64,000 bases of DNA from assembly GCA_964247055.1 (NCBI GenBank), contig OZ176050.1, forward strand, positions 1-64,000, written 5' to 3'. A model generated the notes under the pieces. That model was not told the origin of the DNA. It did not search any database and worked only from the letters and a program-made list of their open reading frames with translations. This DNA is from Paragordius varius (Eukaryota > Animalia > Nematomorpha). Shown here piece by piece: positions 9,728-22,700 of this stretch. Position 1 is the stretch's first letter. Every line of letters starts with the position of its first letter. Made by a program: the position numbers and the translations under genes.

Positions 9728-10541
9728 AACTGGCGACTGCTAGGAAGAGACTGACGACACATAGGATGATTGTTAAAAATGACTGACGACGGATAGGGGA
9801 ATGCAGGAAAACCAACTGACGACGGCTAGAAAGTGACGGACAAAAAATGACTGACGACGGATAGGAGGAATGCCGAAAAATGACTGACGACGGATAGGAT
9901 GATTGTTGAAAAATGACTGACGACGGATAGGAGGAATGCCGAAAAATGACTGACGACGGATAGGATGATTGTTGAAAAATGACTGACGACGGATAGAATA
10001 ATTGCTGAAAAATGACTGACGACGGATAGGAGGAATGCCGAAAAATGACTGACGACGGATAGGATGATTGTTGAAAAATGACTGACGACGGATAGGAGGA
10101 ATGCCGAAAAATGACTGACGACGGATAGGATGATTGTTGAAAAATGACTGACGACGGATAGAATAATTGCTGAAAAATGACTGACGACGGATAGGAGGAA
10201 TGCCGAAAAATGACTGACGACGGATAGGATGATTGTTGAAAAATGACTGACGACGGATAGGAGGAATGCCGAAAAATGACTGACGACGGATAGGATGATT
10301 GTTGAAAAATGACTGACGACGGATAGGGCGAATGCAGAAAACTAACTGACGACGGCTAGAAAGTGAGGGACAGAAACAGACTGACGACGGATAGAATAAT
10401 TGCTGAAAAATGACTGACGACGGATAGGAGGAATGCCGAAAAATGACTGACGACGGATAGGATGATTGCTAAAAAATGACTGACGACGGATAGGAGGAAT
10501 GCTGAAAAATGACAGACGACGAATAGGAGGAATGCAAAAAA
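9728..10541 (-). repeat. Subtelomeric CpG-rich 33-bp minisatellite, right block (about 24 cores ACTGACGACGG, inverted relative to the left block)
   Basis: Cores every 33 bp from about 9750 to 10512. The spacer variants A=GGAGGAATGCCG, B=GGATGATTGTTG and C=GAATAATTGCTG are ordered ABABC-ABABC-ABAB in the centre. Confidence 0.96.
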
Positions 10542-13500
10542 TAGCCCTTTGGTAGTTCCATCATCACCCCAAATATTTTTGTGATCGGACTTTAAATGTA
10601 AATTTTATGAATTTTTAAAATATTTAAAAAATTTATTTTATACGATTTTAAAAATAAAAATGGCTACCTAAAATCCAAATTTGATCAGGTGATGTCACCA
10701 TAATTTTTTTTTGGGTAGCCCTATGGTAGTTCCATCATCACCCCAAATATTTTGGAGATCGGGCTATAAATGTAAATTTTATGAATTTTTTAAATATTTA
10801 AAAAATTTATTTTATACGATTTTAAAAATAAAAATGGCTACCTAAAATCCAAATTTGATCAGGTGATGTCACCATAATTTTTTTTGGGTAGCCCTATGGT
10901 AGTTCCATCATCACCCCAAATATTTTTGTGATCGGACTTTAAATGTAAATTTTATGAATTTTTTAAATATTTAAAAAATTTATTTTATACGATTTTAAAA
11001 ATAAAAATGGCTACCTAAAATCAAAATTGGATCAGGTGATGTCACCATAATTTTTTTTGGGTAGCCCTATGGTAGTTCCATCATAACCCCAAATATTTTG
11101 GAGATCGGACTTTAAATGTAAATTTTATGAATTTTTAAAATATTTAAAAAATTTATTTTATACGATTTTAAAAATAAAAATGGCTACCTAAAAACCAAAT
11201 TTGATCAGGTGATGTCACCATAATTTTTTTTGGGTAGCCCTATGGTAGTTCCATCATCACCCCAAATATTTTGGAGATCGGGCTATAAATGTAAATTTTA
11301 GGAATTTTTTAAATATTTAAAAAATTTATTTTATACGATTTTAAAAATAAAAATGGCTACCTAAAAACCAAATTTGATCAGGTGATGTCACCATAATTTT
11401 TTTTGGGTAGCCCTATGGTAGTTCCATCATCACCCCAAATATTTTGGAGATCGGGCTATAAATGTAAATATTATGAATTTTTTAAATATTTAAAAAATTT
11501 ATTTTATACGATTTTAAAAATAATAATGGCTACCTAAAATCCAAATTTGATCAGGTGATGTCGCCATAATTTTTTTTGGGTAACCTTATGGTAGTTCCAT
11601 CATAACCCCAAATATTTTTGAGATCGGACTTTAAATGTAAATTTTATGAATTTTTAAAATATTTAAAAAATTTATTTTATACGATTTTAAAAATAAAAAT
11701 GGCTACCTAAAATCCAAATTTGATCAGGTGATGTCACCATAATTTTTTTTGGGTAGCCCTATGGTAGTTCCATTATCACCCCAAATATTTTGGAGATCGG
11801 GCTATAAATGTAAATTTTATGAATTTTTTAAATATTTAAAAAATTTATTTTATACGATTTTAAAAATAAAAATGGCTACCTAAAATCCAAATTTGATCAG
11901 GTGATGTCGCCATAATTTTTTTTGGGTAACCTTATGGTAGTTCCATCATAACCCCAAATATTTTTGAGATCGGACTTTAAATGTAAATTTTATGAATTTT
12001 TTATATATTTAAAAAATTTATTTTATACGATTTTAAATATAAAAATGGCTACCTAAAATTCAAATTTGATCAGGTGATGTCACCATAATTTTTTTTGGGT
12101 AGCCCTATGGTAGTTCCATCATCACCCCAAATATTTTGGAGATCGGGCTATAAATGTAAATTTTAGGAATTTTTTAAATATTTAAAAAATTTATTTTATA
12201 CGATTTTAAAAATAAAAATGGCTACCTAAAAACCAAATTTGATCAGGTGATGTCACCATAATTTTTTTTGGGTAGCCCTATGGTAGTTCCATCATCACCC
12301 CAAATATTTTGGAGATCGGGCTATAAATGTAAATATTATGAATTTTTTAAATATTTAAAAAATTTATTTTATACGATTTTAAAAATAATAATGGCTACCT
12401 AAAATCCAAATTTGATCAGGTGATGTCGCCATAATTTTTTTTGGGTAACCTTATGGTAGTTCCATCATAACCCCAAATATTTTTGAGATCGGACTTTAAA
12501 TGTAAATTTTATGAATTTTTAAAATATTTAAAAAATTTATTTTATACGATTTTAAAAATAAAAATGGCTACCTAAAATCCAAATTTGATCAGGTGATGTC
12601 ACCATAATTTTTTTTGGGTAGCCCTATGGTAGTTCCATTATCACCCCAAATATTTTGGAGATCGGGCTATAAATGTAAATTTTATGAATTTTTTAAATAT
12701 TTAAAAAATTTATTTTATACGATTTTAAAAATAAAAATGGCTACCTAAAATCCAAATTTGATCAGGTGATGTCACCATAATTTTTTTTGGGTAGCCCTAT
12801 GGTAGTTCCATCATCACCCCAAATGTTTTGGAGATCGGGCTATAAATGTAAATTTTATGAATTTTTTAAATATTTAAAAAATTTATTTTATACGATTTTA
12901 AAAATAAAAATGGCTACCTAAAATCCAAATTTGATCAGGTGATGTCGCCATAATTTTTTTTGGGTAACCTTATGGTAGTTCCATCATAACCCCAAATATT
13001 TTTGAGATCGGACTTTAAATGTAAATTTTATGAATTTTTTATATATTTAAAAAATTTATTTTATACGATTTTAAATATAAAAATGGCTACCTAAAATCCA
13101 AATTTGATCAGGTGATGTCACCATAATTTTTTTTGGGTAGCCCTATGGTAGTTCCATCATCACCCCAAATATTTTGGAGATCGGGCTATAAATATAAATT
13201 TTAGGAATTTTTTAAATATTTAAAAAATTTATTTTATACGATTTTAAAAATAAAAATGGCTACCTAAAATCCAAATTTAATCAGGTGATGTCACCATAAT
13301 TTTTTTTGGGTAGCCCTATGGTAGTTCCATCATCACCCCAAATATTTTGGAGATCGGGCTATAAATGTAAATTTTATGAATTTTTTAAATATTTAAAAAA
13401 TTTATTTTATACGATTTTAAAAATAAAAATGGCTACCTAAAATCCAAATTTGATCAGGTGATGTCGCCATAATTTTTTTTGGGTAACCTTATGGTAGTTC

Positions 13501-13799
13501 CATCATAACCCCAAATATTTTTGAGATCGGACTTTGTATGTAAATTTTATGAATTTTTTATATATTTAAAAAATTTATTTTATACGATTTTAAATATAAA
13601 AATGGCTACCTAAAATTCAAATTTGATCAGGTGATGTCGCCATAATTTTTTTTGGGTAGCCCTATGGTAGTTCCATCATCACCCCAAATATTTTTGAGAT
13701 CGGACTATAAATGTAATTTTTATGAATTTTTTTAATATTTAAAAAATTTATTTTATACGATTTTAAATATAAAAATGGCTACCTAAAATCCAAATTTGA

Positions 13800-16700
13800 T
13801 CAGGTGATGTCACCATAATTTTTTTTGGGTAGCCCTATGGTAGTTCCATCATCACCCCAAATATTTTGGAGATCGGGCTATAAATGTAAATTTTATGAAT
13901 TTTTAAAATATTTAAAAAATTTATTTCATACGATTTTAAAAATAAAAATGGCTACCTAAAATCCAAATTGGATCAGGTGATGTCACCATAATTTTTTTTG
14001 GGTAGCCCTATGGTAGTTCCATCATCACCCCAAATATTTTGGAGATCGGGCTATAAATGTAAATTTTATGAATTTTTAAAATATTTAAAAAATTTATTTT
14101 ATACGATTTTAAAAATAAAAATGGCTACCTAAAATCCAAATTTGATCAGGTGATGTCACCATAATTTTTTTTGGGTAGCCCTATGGTAGTTCCATCATCA
14201 CCCCAAATATTTTCGAGATCGGAGTATAAATGTAAATTTTATGAATTTTTTAAATATTTAAAAAATTTATTTTATACGATTTTAAAAATAAAAATGGCTA
14301 CCTAAAATCCAAATTTGATCAGGTGATGTCACCATAATTTTTTTTGGGTAGCCCTATGGTAGTTCCATCATCACCCCAAATATTTTAGAGATCGGGCTAT
14401 AAATGTAAATTTTATGAATTTTTTAAATATTTAAAAAATTTATTTTATACGATTTTAAAAATAAAAATGGCTACCTAAAATCCAAATTTGATCAGGTGAT
14501 GTCGCCATAATTTTTTTTGGGTAACCTTATGGTAGTTCCATCATAACCCCAAATATTTTTGAGATCGGGCTATAAATGTAAATTTTATGAATTTTTTAAA
14601 TATTTAAAAAATTTATTTTATACGATTTTAAAAATAAAAATGGCTACCTAAAAACCAAATTTGATCAGGTGACCATAATTTTTTTTGGGTAGCCCTATGG
14701 TAGTTCCATCATCACCCCAAATATTTTGGAGATCGGGCTATAAATGTAAATTTTATGAATTTTTAAAATATTTAAAAAATTTATTTTATACGATTTTAAA
14801 AATAAAAATGGCTACCTAAAAACCAAATTTGATCAGGTGATGTCACCATAATTTTTTTTGGGTAGCCCTATGGTAGTTCCATCATCACCCCAAATATTTT
14901 GGAGATCGGGCTATAAATGTAAATTTTATGAATTTTTTAAATATTTAAAAAATTTATTTTATACGATTTTAAAAATAAAAATGGCTACCTAAAATCCAAA
15001 TTTGATCAGGTGATGTCGCCATAATTTTTTTTGGGTAACCTTATGGTAGTTCCATCATAACCCCAAATATTTTTGAGATCGGACTTTAAATGTAAATTAT
15101 ATGAATTTTTAAAATATTTAAAAAATTTATTTTATACGATTTTAAAAATAAAAATTGCTACCTAAAATCCAAATTTGATCAGGTGATGTCACCATAATTT
15201 TTTTTGGGTAGCCCTATGGTAGTTCCATCATCACCCCAAATATTTTGGAGATCGGGCTATAAATGTAAATTTTATGAATTTTTTAAATATTTAAAAAATT
15301 TATTTTATAGGATTTCAAAAATAAAAATGGCTACCTAAAATCCAAATTTGATCAGGTGATGTCACCATAATTTTTTTTGGGTAGCCCTATGGTAGTTCCA
15401 TCATCACCCCAAATATTTTGGAGATCGGGCTATAAATGTAAATTTTATGAATTTTTTAAATATTTAAAAAATTTATTTTATACGATTTTAAAAATAAAAA
15501 TGGCTACCTAAAATCCAAATTTGATCAGGTGATGTCACCATAATTTTTTTTGGGTAGCCCTATGGTAGTTCCATCATAACCCCAAAAATTTTTGAGATCG
15601 GACTTTAAATGTAAATTTTATGAATTTTTAAAATATTTAAAAAATTTATTTTATACGATTTTAAAAATAAAAATGGCTACCTAAAATCCAAATTTGATCA
15701 GGTGATGTCACCATAATTTTTTTTGGGTAGCGCTATGGTAGTTCCATCATCACCCCAAATATTTTGGAGATCGGGCTATAAATGAAATTTTATGAATTTT
15801 TTAAATATTTAAAAAATTTATTTTATACGATTTTAAAAATAAAAATGGCTACCTAAAATCCAAATTTGATCAGGTGATGTCACCATAATTTTTTTGGGTA
15901 GCCCTATGGTAGTTCCATCATCACCCCAAATATTTTTGTGATCGGACTTAAATGTAAATTTTATGAATTTTTTAAATATTTAAAAAATTTATTTTATACG
16001 ATTTTAAAAATAAAAATGGCTACCTAAAATCAAAATTGGATCAGGTGATGTCACCATAATTTTTTTTGGGTAGCCCTATGGTAGTTCCATCATAACCCCA
16101 AATATTTTGGAGATCGGACTTTAAATGTAAATATTATGAATTTTTAAAATATTTAAAAAATTTATTTTATACGATTTTAAAAATAAAAATGGCTACCTAA
16201 AAACCAAATTTGATCAGGTGATGTCACCATAATTTTTTTTGGGTAGCCCTATGGTAGTTCCATCATCACCCCAAATATTTTGGAGATCGGGCTATAAATG
16301 TAAATTTTATGAATTTTTAAAATATTTAAAAAATTTATTTTATACGATTTTAAAAATAAAAATGGCTACCTAAAAACCAAATTTGATCAGGTGATGTCAC
16401 CATAATTTTTTTTGGGTAGCCCTATGGTAGTTCCATCATCACCCCAAATATTTTGGAGATCGGGCTATAAATGTAAATTTTATGAATTTTTTAAATATTT
16501 AAAAAATTTATTTTATACGAATTTTAAAATAAAAATGGCTACCTAAAATCCAAATTTGATCAGGTGATGTCGCCATAATTTTTTTTGGGTAACCTTATGG
16601 TAGTTCCATCATAACCCCAAATATTTTTGAGATCGGACTTTAAATGTAAATTAATTTTTAAAATATTTAAAAAATTTATTTTATACGATATTAAAAATAA

Positions 16701-19700
16701 AAATGGCTACCTAAAATCCAAATTTGATCAGGTGATGTCACCATAATTTTTTTTGGGTAGCCCTATGGTAATTCCATCATCACCCCAAATATTTTGGGGA
16801 TCGGACTATAAATGTAATTTTTATGAATTTTTTAAATATTTAAAAAATTTATTTTATACGATTTTAAAAATAAAAATGGCTACCTAAAATCCAAATTTGA
16901 TCAGGTGATGTCACCATAATTTTTTTTGGGTAGCCCTATGGTAGTTCCATCATCACCCCAAATATTTTCGAGATCGGAGTATAAATGTAATTTTTATGAA
17001 TTTTTTAAATATTTAAAAAATTTATTTTATACGATTTTAAAAATAAAAATGGCTACCTAAAATCCAAATTTGATCAGGTGATGTCGCCATAATTTTTTTT
17101 GGGTAGCCCTATGGTAGTTCCATCATCACCCCAAATATTTTCGAGATCGGAGTATAAATGTAATTTTTTTGAATTTTTTAAATATTTAAAAAATTTATTT
17201 TATACGATTTTAAAAATAAAAATGGCTGCCTAAAATCCAAATTTGATCAGGTGATGTCGCCATAATTTTTTTTGCGTAGCCCTATGGTTGTTCCATCATC
17301 ACCCCAAATATTTTGGGGATCGGACTATAAATGTAATTTTTATGAATTTTTTAAATATTTAAAAAATTTTTTTATACGATTTTAAAAATAAAAATGGCTA
17401 CCTAAAATCCAAATTTGATCAGGTGATGTCGCCATAATTTTTTTTGCGTAGCCCTATGGTTGTTCCATCATCACCCCAAATATTTTGGGGATCGGACTAT
17501 AAATGTAATTTTTATGAATTTTTTAAATATTTAAAAAATTTATTTTATACGATTTAAAAAATAAAAATGGCTACCTAAAATCCAAATTTGATCAGGTGAT
17601 GTCACTATAATTTTTTTTGGGTAGCCCTATGGTAGTTCCATCATCACCCCAAATATTGTCGAGATCGGAGTATAAATGTAATTTTTATGAATTTTTTAAA
17701 TATTTAAAAAATTTATTTTATACGATATTAAAAATAAAATTGGCTACCTAAAATCCAAATTTGATCAGGTGATGTCACCATAATTTTTTTTGGGTAGCCC
17801 TATGGTAATTCCATCATCACCCCAAATATTTTGGGGATCGGACTATAAATGTAATTTTTATGAATTTTTTAAATATTTAAAAAATTTATTTTATACGATT
17901 TTAAAAATAAAAATGGCTACCTAAAATCCAAATTTGATCAGGTGATGTCACTATAATTTTTTTTGGGTAGCCCTATGGTAGTTCCATCATCACCCCAAAT
18001 ATTTTCGAGATCGGAGTATAAATGTAATTTTTATGAATTTTTTAAATATTTAAAAATTTATTTTATACGATTTTAAAAATAAAAATGGCTACCTAAAATC
18101 CAAATTTGATCAGGTGATGTCGCCATAATTTTTTTTGGGTAGCCCTATGGTTGTTCCATCATCACCCCAAATATTTTGGGGATCGGACTATAAATGTAAT
18201 TTTTATGAATTTTTTAAATATTTAAAAAATTTATTTTATACGATTTTAAAAATAAAAATGGCTACCTAAAATCCAAATTTGATCAGGTGATGTCACTATA
18301 ATTTTTTTTGGGTAGCCCTATGGTAGTTCCATCCAAATATTGTCGAGATCGGAGTATAAATGTAATTTTTATGAATTTTTTAAATATTTAAAAAATTTAT
18401 TTTATACGATATTAAAAATAAAATTGGCTACCTAAAATCCAAATTTGATCAGGTGATGTCACCATAATTTTTTTTGGATAGCCCTATGGTAATTCCATCA
18501 TCACCCCAAATATTTTGGGGATCGGACTATAAATGTAATTTTTATGAATTTTTTAAATATTTAAAAGATTTATTTTATACGATTTTAAAAATAAAATTGG
18601 CTACCTAAAATCCAAATTTGATCAGGTGATGTCACCATAATTTTTTTTGGATAGCCCTATGGTAATTCCATCATCACCCCAAATATTTTGGGGATCGGAC
18701 TATAAATGTAATTTTTATGAATTTTTTAAATATTTAAAAAATTTATTTTATACGATTTTAAAAATAAAAATGGCTACCTAAAATCCAAATTTGATCAGGT
18801 GATGTCACTATAATTTTTTTGGGTAGCCCTATGGTAGTTCCATCACCCCAAATATTTTCGAGATCGGAGTATAAATGTAATTTTTATGAATTTTTTAAAT
18901 ATTTAAAAAATTTATTTTATACGATTTTAAAAATAAAAATGGCTACCTAAAAACCAAATTTGATCAGGTGACCATAATTTTTTTTGGGTAGCCCTATGGT
19001 AGTTCCATCATCACCCCAAATATTTTGGAGATCGGGCTATAAATGTAAATTTTATGAATTTTTAAAATATTTAAAAAATTTATTTTATACGATTTTAAAA
19101 ATAAAAATGGCTACCTAAAAACCAAATTTGATCAGGTGATGTCACCATAATTTTTTTTGGGTAGCCCTATGGTAGTTCCATCATCACCCCAAATATTTTG
19201 GAGATCGGGCTATAAATGTAAATTTTATGAATTTTTTAAATATTTAAAAAATTTATTTTATACGATTTTAAAAATAAAAATGGCTACCTAAAATCCAAAT
19301 TTGATCAGGTGATGTGGCCATAATTTTTTTTGGGTAACCTTATGGTAGTTCCATCATAACCCCAAATATTTTTGAGATCGGACTTTAAATGTAAATTATA
19401 TGAATTTTTAAAATATTTAAAAAATTTATTTTATACGATTTTAAAAATAAAAATTGCTACCTAAAATCCAAATTTGATCAGGTGATGTCACCATAATTTT
19501 TTTTGGGTAGCCCTATGGTAGTTCCATCATCACCCCAAATATTTTGGAGATCGGGCTATAAATGTAAATTTTATGAATTTTTTAAATATTTAAAAAATTT
19601 ATTTTATAGGATTTCAAAAATAAAAATGGCTACCTAAAATCCAAATTTGATCAGGTGATGTCACCATAATTTTTTTTGGGTAGCCCTATGGTAGTTCCAT

Positions 19701-22700
19701 CATCACCCCAAATATTTTGGAGATCGGGCTATAAATGTAAATTTTATGAATTTTTTAAATATTTAAAAAATTTATTTTATACGATTTTAAAAATAAAAAT
19801 GGCTACCTAAAATCCAAATTTGATCAGGTGATGTCACCATAATTTTTTTTGGGTAGCCCTATGGTAGTTCCATCATAACCCCAAAAATTTTTGAGATCGG
19901 ACTTTAAATGTAAATTTTATGAATTTTTAAAATATTTAAAAAATTTATTTTATACGATTTTAAAAATAAAAATGGCTACCTAAAATCCAAATTTGATCAG
20001 GTGATGTCACCATAATTTTTTTTGGGTAGCGCTATGGTAGTTCCATCATCACCCCAAATATTTTGGAGATCGGGCTATAAATGTAAATTTTATGAATTTT
20101 TTAAATATTTAAAAAATTTATTTTATACGATTTTAAAAATAAAAATGGCTACCTAAAATCCAAATTTGATCAGGTGATGTCACCATAATTTTTTTTGGGT
20201 AGCCCTATGGTAGTTCCATCATCACCCCAAATATTTTTGTGATCGGACTTAAATGTAAATTTTATGAATTTTTTAAATATTTAAAAAATTTATTTTATAC
20301 GATTTTAAAAATAAAAATGGCTACCTAAAATCAAAATTGGATCAGGTGATGTCACCATAATTTTTTTTGGGTAGCCCTATGGTAGTTCCATCATAACCCC
20401 AAATATTTTGGAGATCGGACTTTAAATGTAAATATTATGAATTTTTAAAATATTTAAAAAATTTATTTTATACGATTTTAAAAATAAAAATGGCTACCTA
20501 AAAACCAAATTTGATCAGGTGATGTCACCATAATTTTTTTTGGGTAGCCCTATGGTAGTTCCATCATCACCCCAAATATTTTGGAGATCGGGCTATAAAT
20601 GTAAATTTTATGAATTTTTAAAATATTTAAAAAATTTATTTTATACGATTTTAAAAATAAAAATGGCTACCTAAAAACCAAATTTGATCAGGTGATGTCA
20701 CCATAATTTTTTTTGGGTAGCCCTATGGTAGTTCCATCATCACCCCAAATATTTTGGAGATCGGGCTATAAATGTAAATTTTATGAATTTTTTAAATATT
20801 TAAAAAATTTATTTTATACGAATTTTAAAATAAAAATGGCTACCTAAAATCCAAATTTGATCAGGTGATGTCGCCATAATTTTTTTTGGGTAACCTTATG
20901 GTAGTTCCATCATAACCCCAAATATTTTTGAGATCGGACTTTAAATGTAAATTATATGAATTTTTAAAATATTTAAAAAATTTATTTTATACGATATTAA
21001 AAATAAAAATGGCTACCTAAAATCCAAATTTGATCAGGTGATGTCACCATAATTTTTTTTGGGTAGCCCTATGGTAATTCCATCATCACCCCAAATATTT
21101 TGGAGATCGGGCTATAAATGTAAATTTTATGAATTTTTAAAATATTTAAAAAATTTATTTCATACGATTTTAAAAATAAAAATGGCTACCTAAAATCCAA
21201 ATTGGATCAGGTGATGTCACCATAATTTTTTTTGGGTAGCCCTATGGTAGTTCCATCATCACCCCAAATATTTTGGAGATCGGGCTATAAATGTAAATTT
21301 TATGAATTTTTAAAATATTTAAAAAATTTATTTTATACGATTTTAAAAATAAAAATGGCTACCTAAAATCCAAATTTGATCAGGTGATGTCACCATAATT
21401 TTTTTTGGGTAGCCCTATGGTAGTTCCATCATCACCCCAAATATTTTCGAGATCGGAGTATAAATGTAAATTTTATGAATTTTTTAAATATTTAAAAAAT
21501 TTATTTTATACGATTTTAAAAATAAAAATGGCTACCTAAAATCCAAATTTGATCAGGTGATGTCACCATAATTTTTTTTGGGTAGCCCTATGGTAGTTCC
21601 ATCATCACCCCAAATATTTTAGAGATCGGGCTATAAATGTAAATTTTATGAATTTTTTAAATATTTAAAAAATTTATTTTAGACGATTTTAAAAATAAAA
21701 ATGGCTACCTAAAATCCAAATTTGATCAGGTGATGTCGCCATAATTTTTTTTGGGTAACCTTATGGTAGTTCCATCATAACCCCAAATATTTTTGAGATC
21801 GGGCTATAAATGTAAATTTTATGAATTTTTTAAATATTTAAAAAATTTATTTTATACGATTTTAAAAATAAAAATGGCTACCTAAAAACCAAATTTGATC
21901 AGGTGACCATAATTTTTTTTGGGTAGCCCTATGGTAGTTCCATCATCACCCCAAATATTTTGGAGATCGGGCTATAAATGTAAATTTTATGAATTTTTAA
22001 AATATTTAAAAAATTTATTTTATACGATTTTAAAAATAAAAATGGCTACCTAAAAACCAAATTTGATCAGGTGATGTCACCATAATTTTTTTTGGGTAGC
22101 CCTATGGTAGTTCCATCATCACCCCAAATATTTTGGAGATCGGGCTATAAATGTAAATTTTATGAATTTTTTAAATATTTAAAAAATTTATTTTATACGA
22201 TTTTAAAAATAAAAATGGCTACCTAAAATCCAAATTTGATCAGGTGATGTCGCCATAATTTTTTTTGGGTAACCTTATGGTAGTTCCATCATAACCCCAA
22301 ATATTTTTGAGATCGGACTTTAAATGTAAATTATATGAATTTTTAAAATATTTAAAAAATTTATTTTATACGATTTTAAAAATAAAAATTGCTACCTAAA
22401 ATCCAAATTTGATCAGGTGATGTCACCATAATTTTTTTTGGGTAGCCCTATGGTAGTTCCATCATCACCCCAAATATTTTGGAGATCGGGCTATAAATGT
22501 AAATTTTATGAATTTTTTAAATATTTAAAAAATTTATTTTATAGGATTTCAAAAATAAAAATGGCTACCTAAAATCCAAATTTGATCAGGTGATGTCACC
22601 ATAATTTTTTTTGGGTAGCCCTATGGTAGTTCCATCATTACCCCAAATATTTTGGAGATCGGGCTATAAATGTAAATTTTATGAATTTTTTAAATATTTA

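Larger units (their letters stand above)
3067..10541. mobile_element. Candidate non-autonomous foldback-type element (long internally repetitive inverted arms, 3.3-kb interior with no transposase ORF)
   Basis: The architecture resembles foldback elements: tandem-repeat outer domain, non-array inner domain, inverted arms. True termini and TSD are not visible because the left end is capped by telomere and the right end is fused to satellite. An inverted subtelomeric duplication is an equally possible origin. Confidence 0.35.
7328..10541 (-). repeat. Right arm of the long inverted repeat, split into three pieces (7328-7369, 8324-8520, 9374-10541) by two PLE insertions
   Basis: Removing 7370-8323 and 8521-9373 gives a sequence collinear with the reverse complement of 3067-4028. 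It differs by substitutions and indels, including a ~27-bp extra segment near 9562-9590. Confidence 0.9.

Noticed and set aside
9728-10541. CRISPR-like appearance (constant 22-bp repeat with variable spacers)
   Set aside because: The spacers are only 11-12 bp and are reused from about five types, there are no cas genes, and the context is a eukaryotic telomere. It is a minisatellite.
3067-10541. Inverted arms as a sequencing or assembly fold-back artefact
   Set aside because: The arms differ by many substitutions, indels, two retroelement insertions and different minisatellite order, which an artefact would not produce.
10542-10890. Satellite monomer as a hammerhead-containing retrozyme-like repeat
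   Set aside because: The minus strand has CTGATCA and GTGATGA but no CTGANGA core paired with a GAAA box, so the catalytic consensus is absent on both strands.
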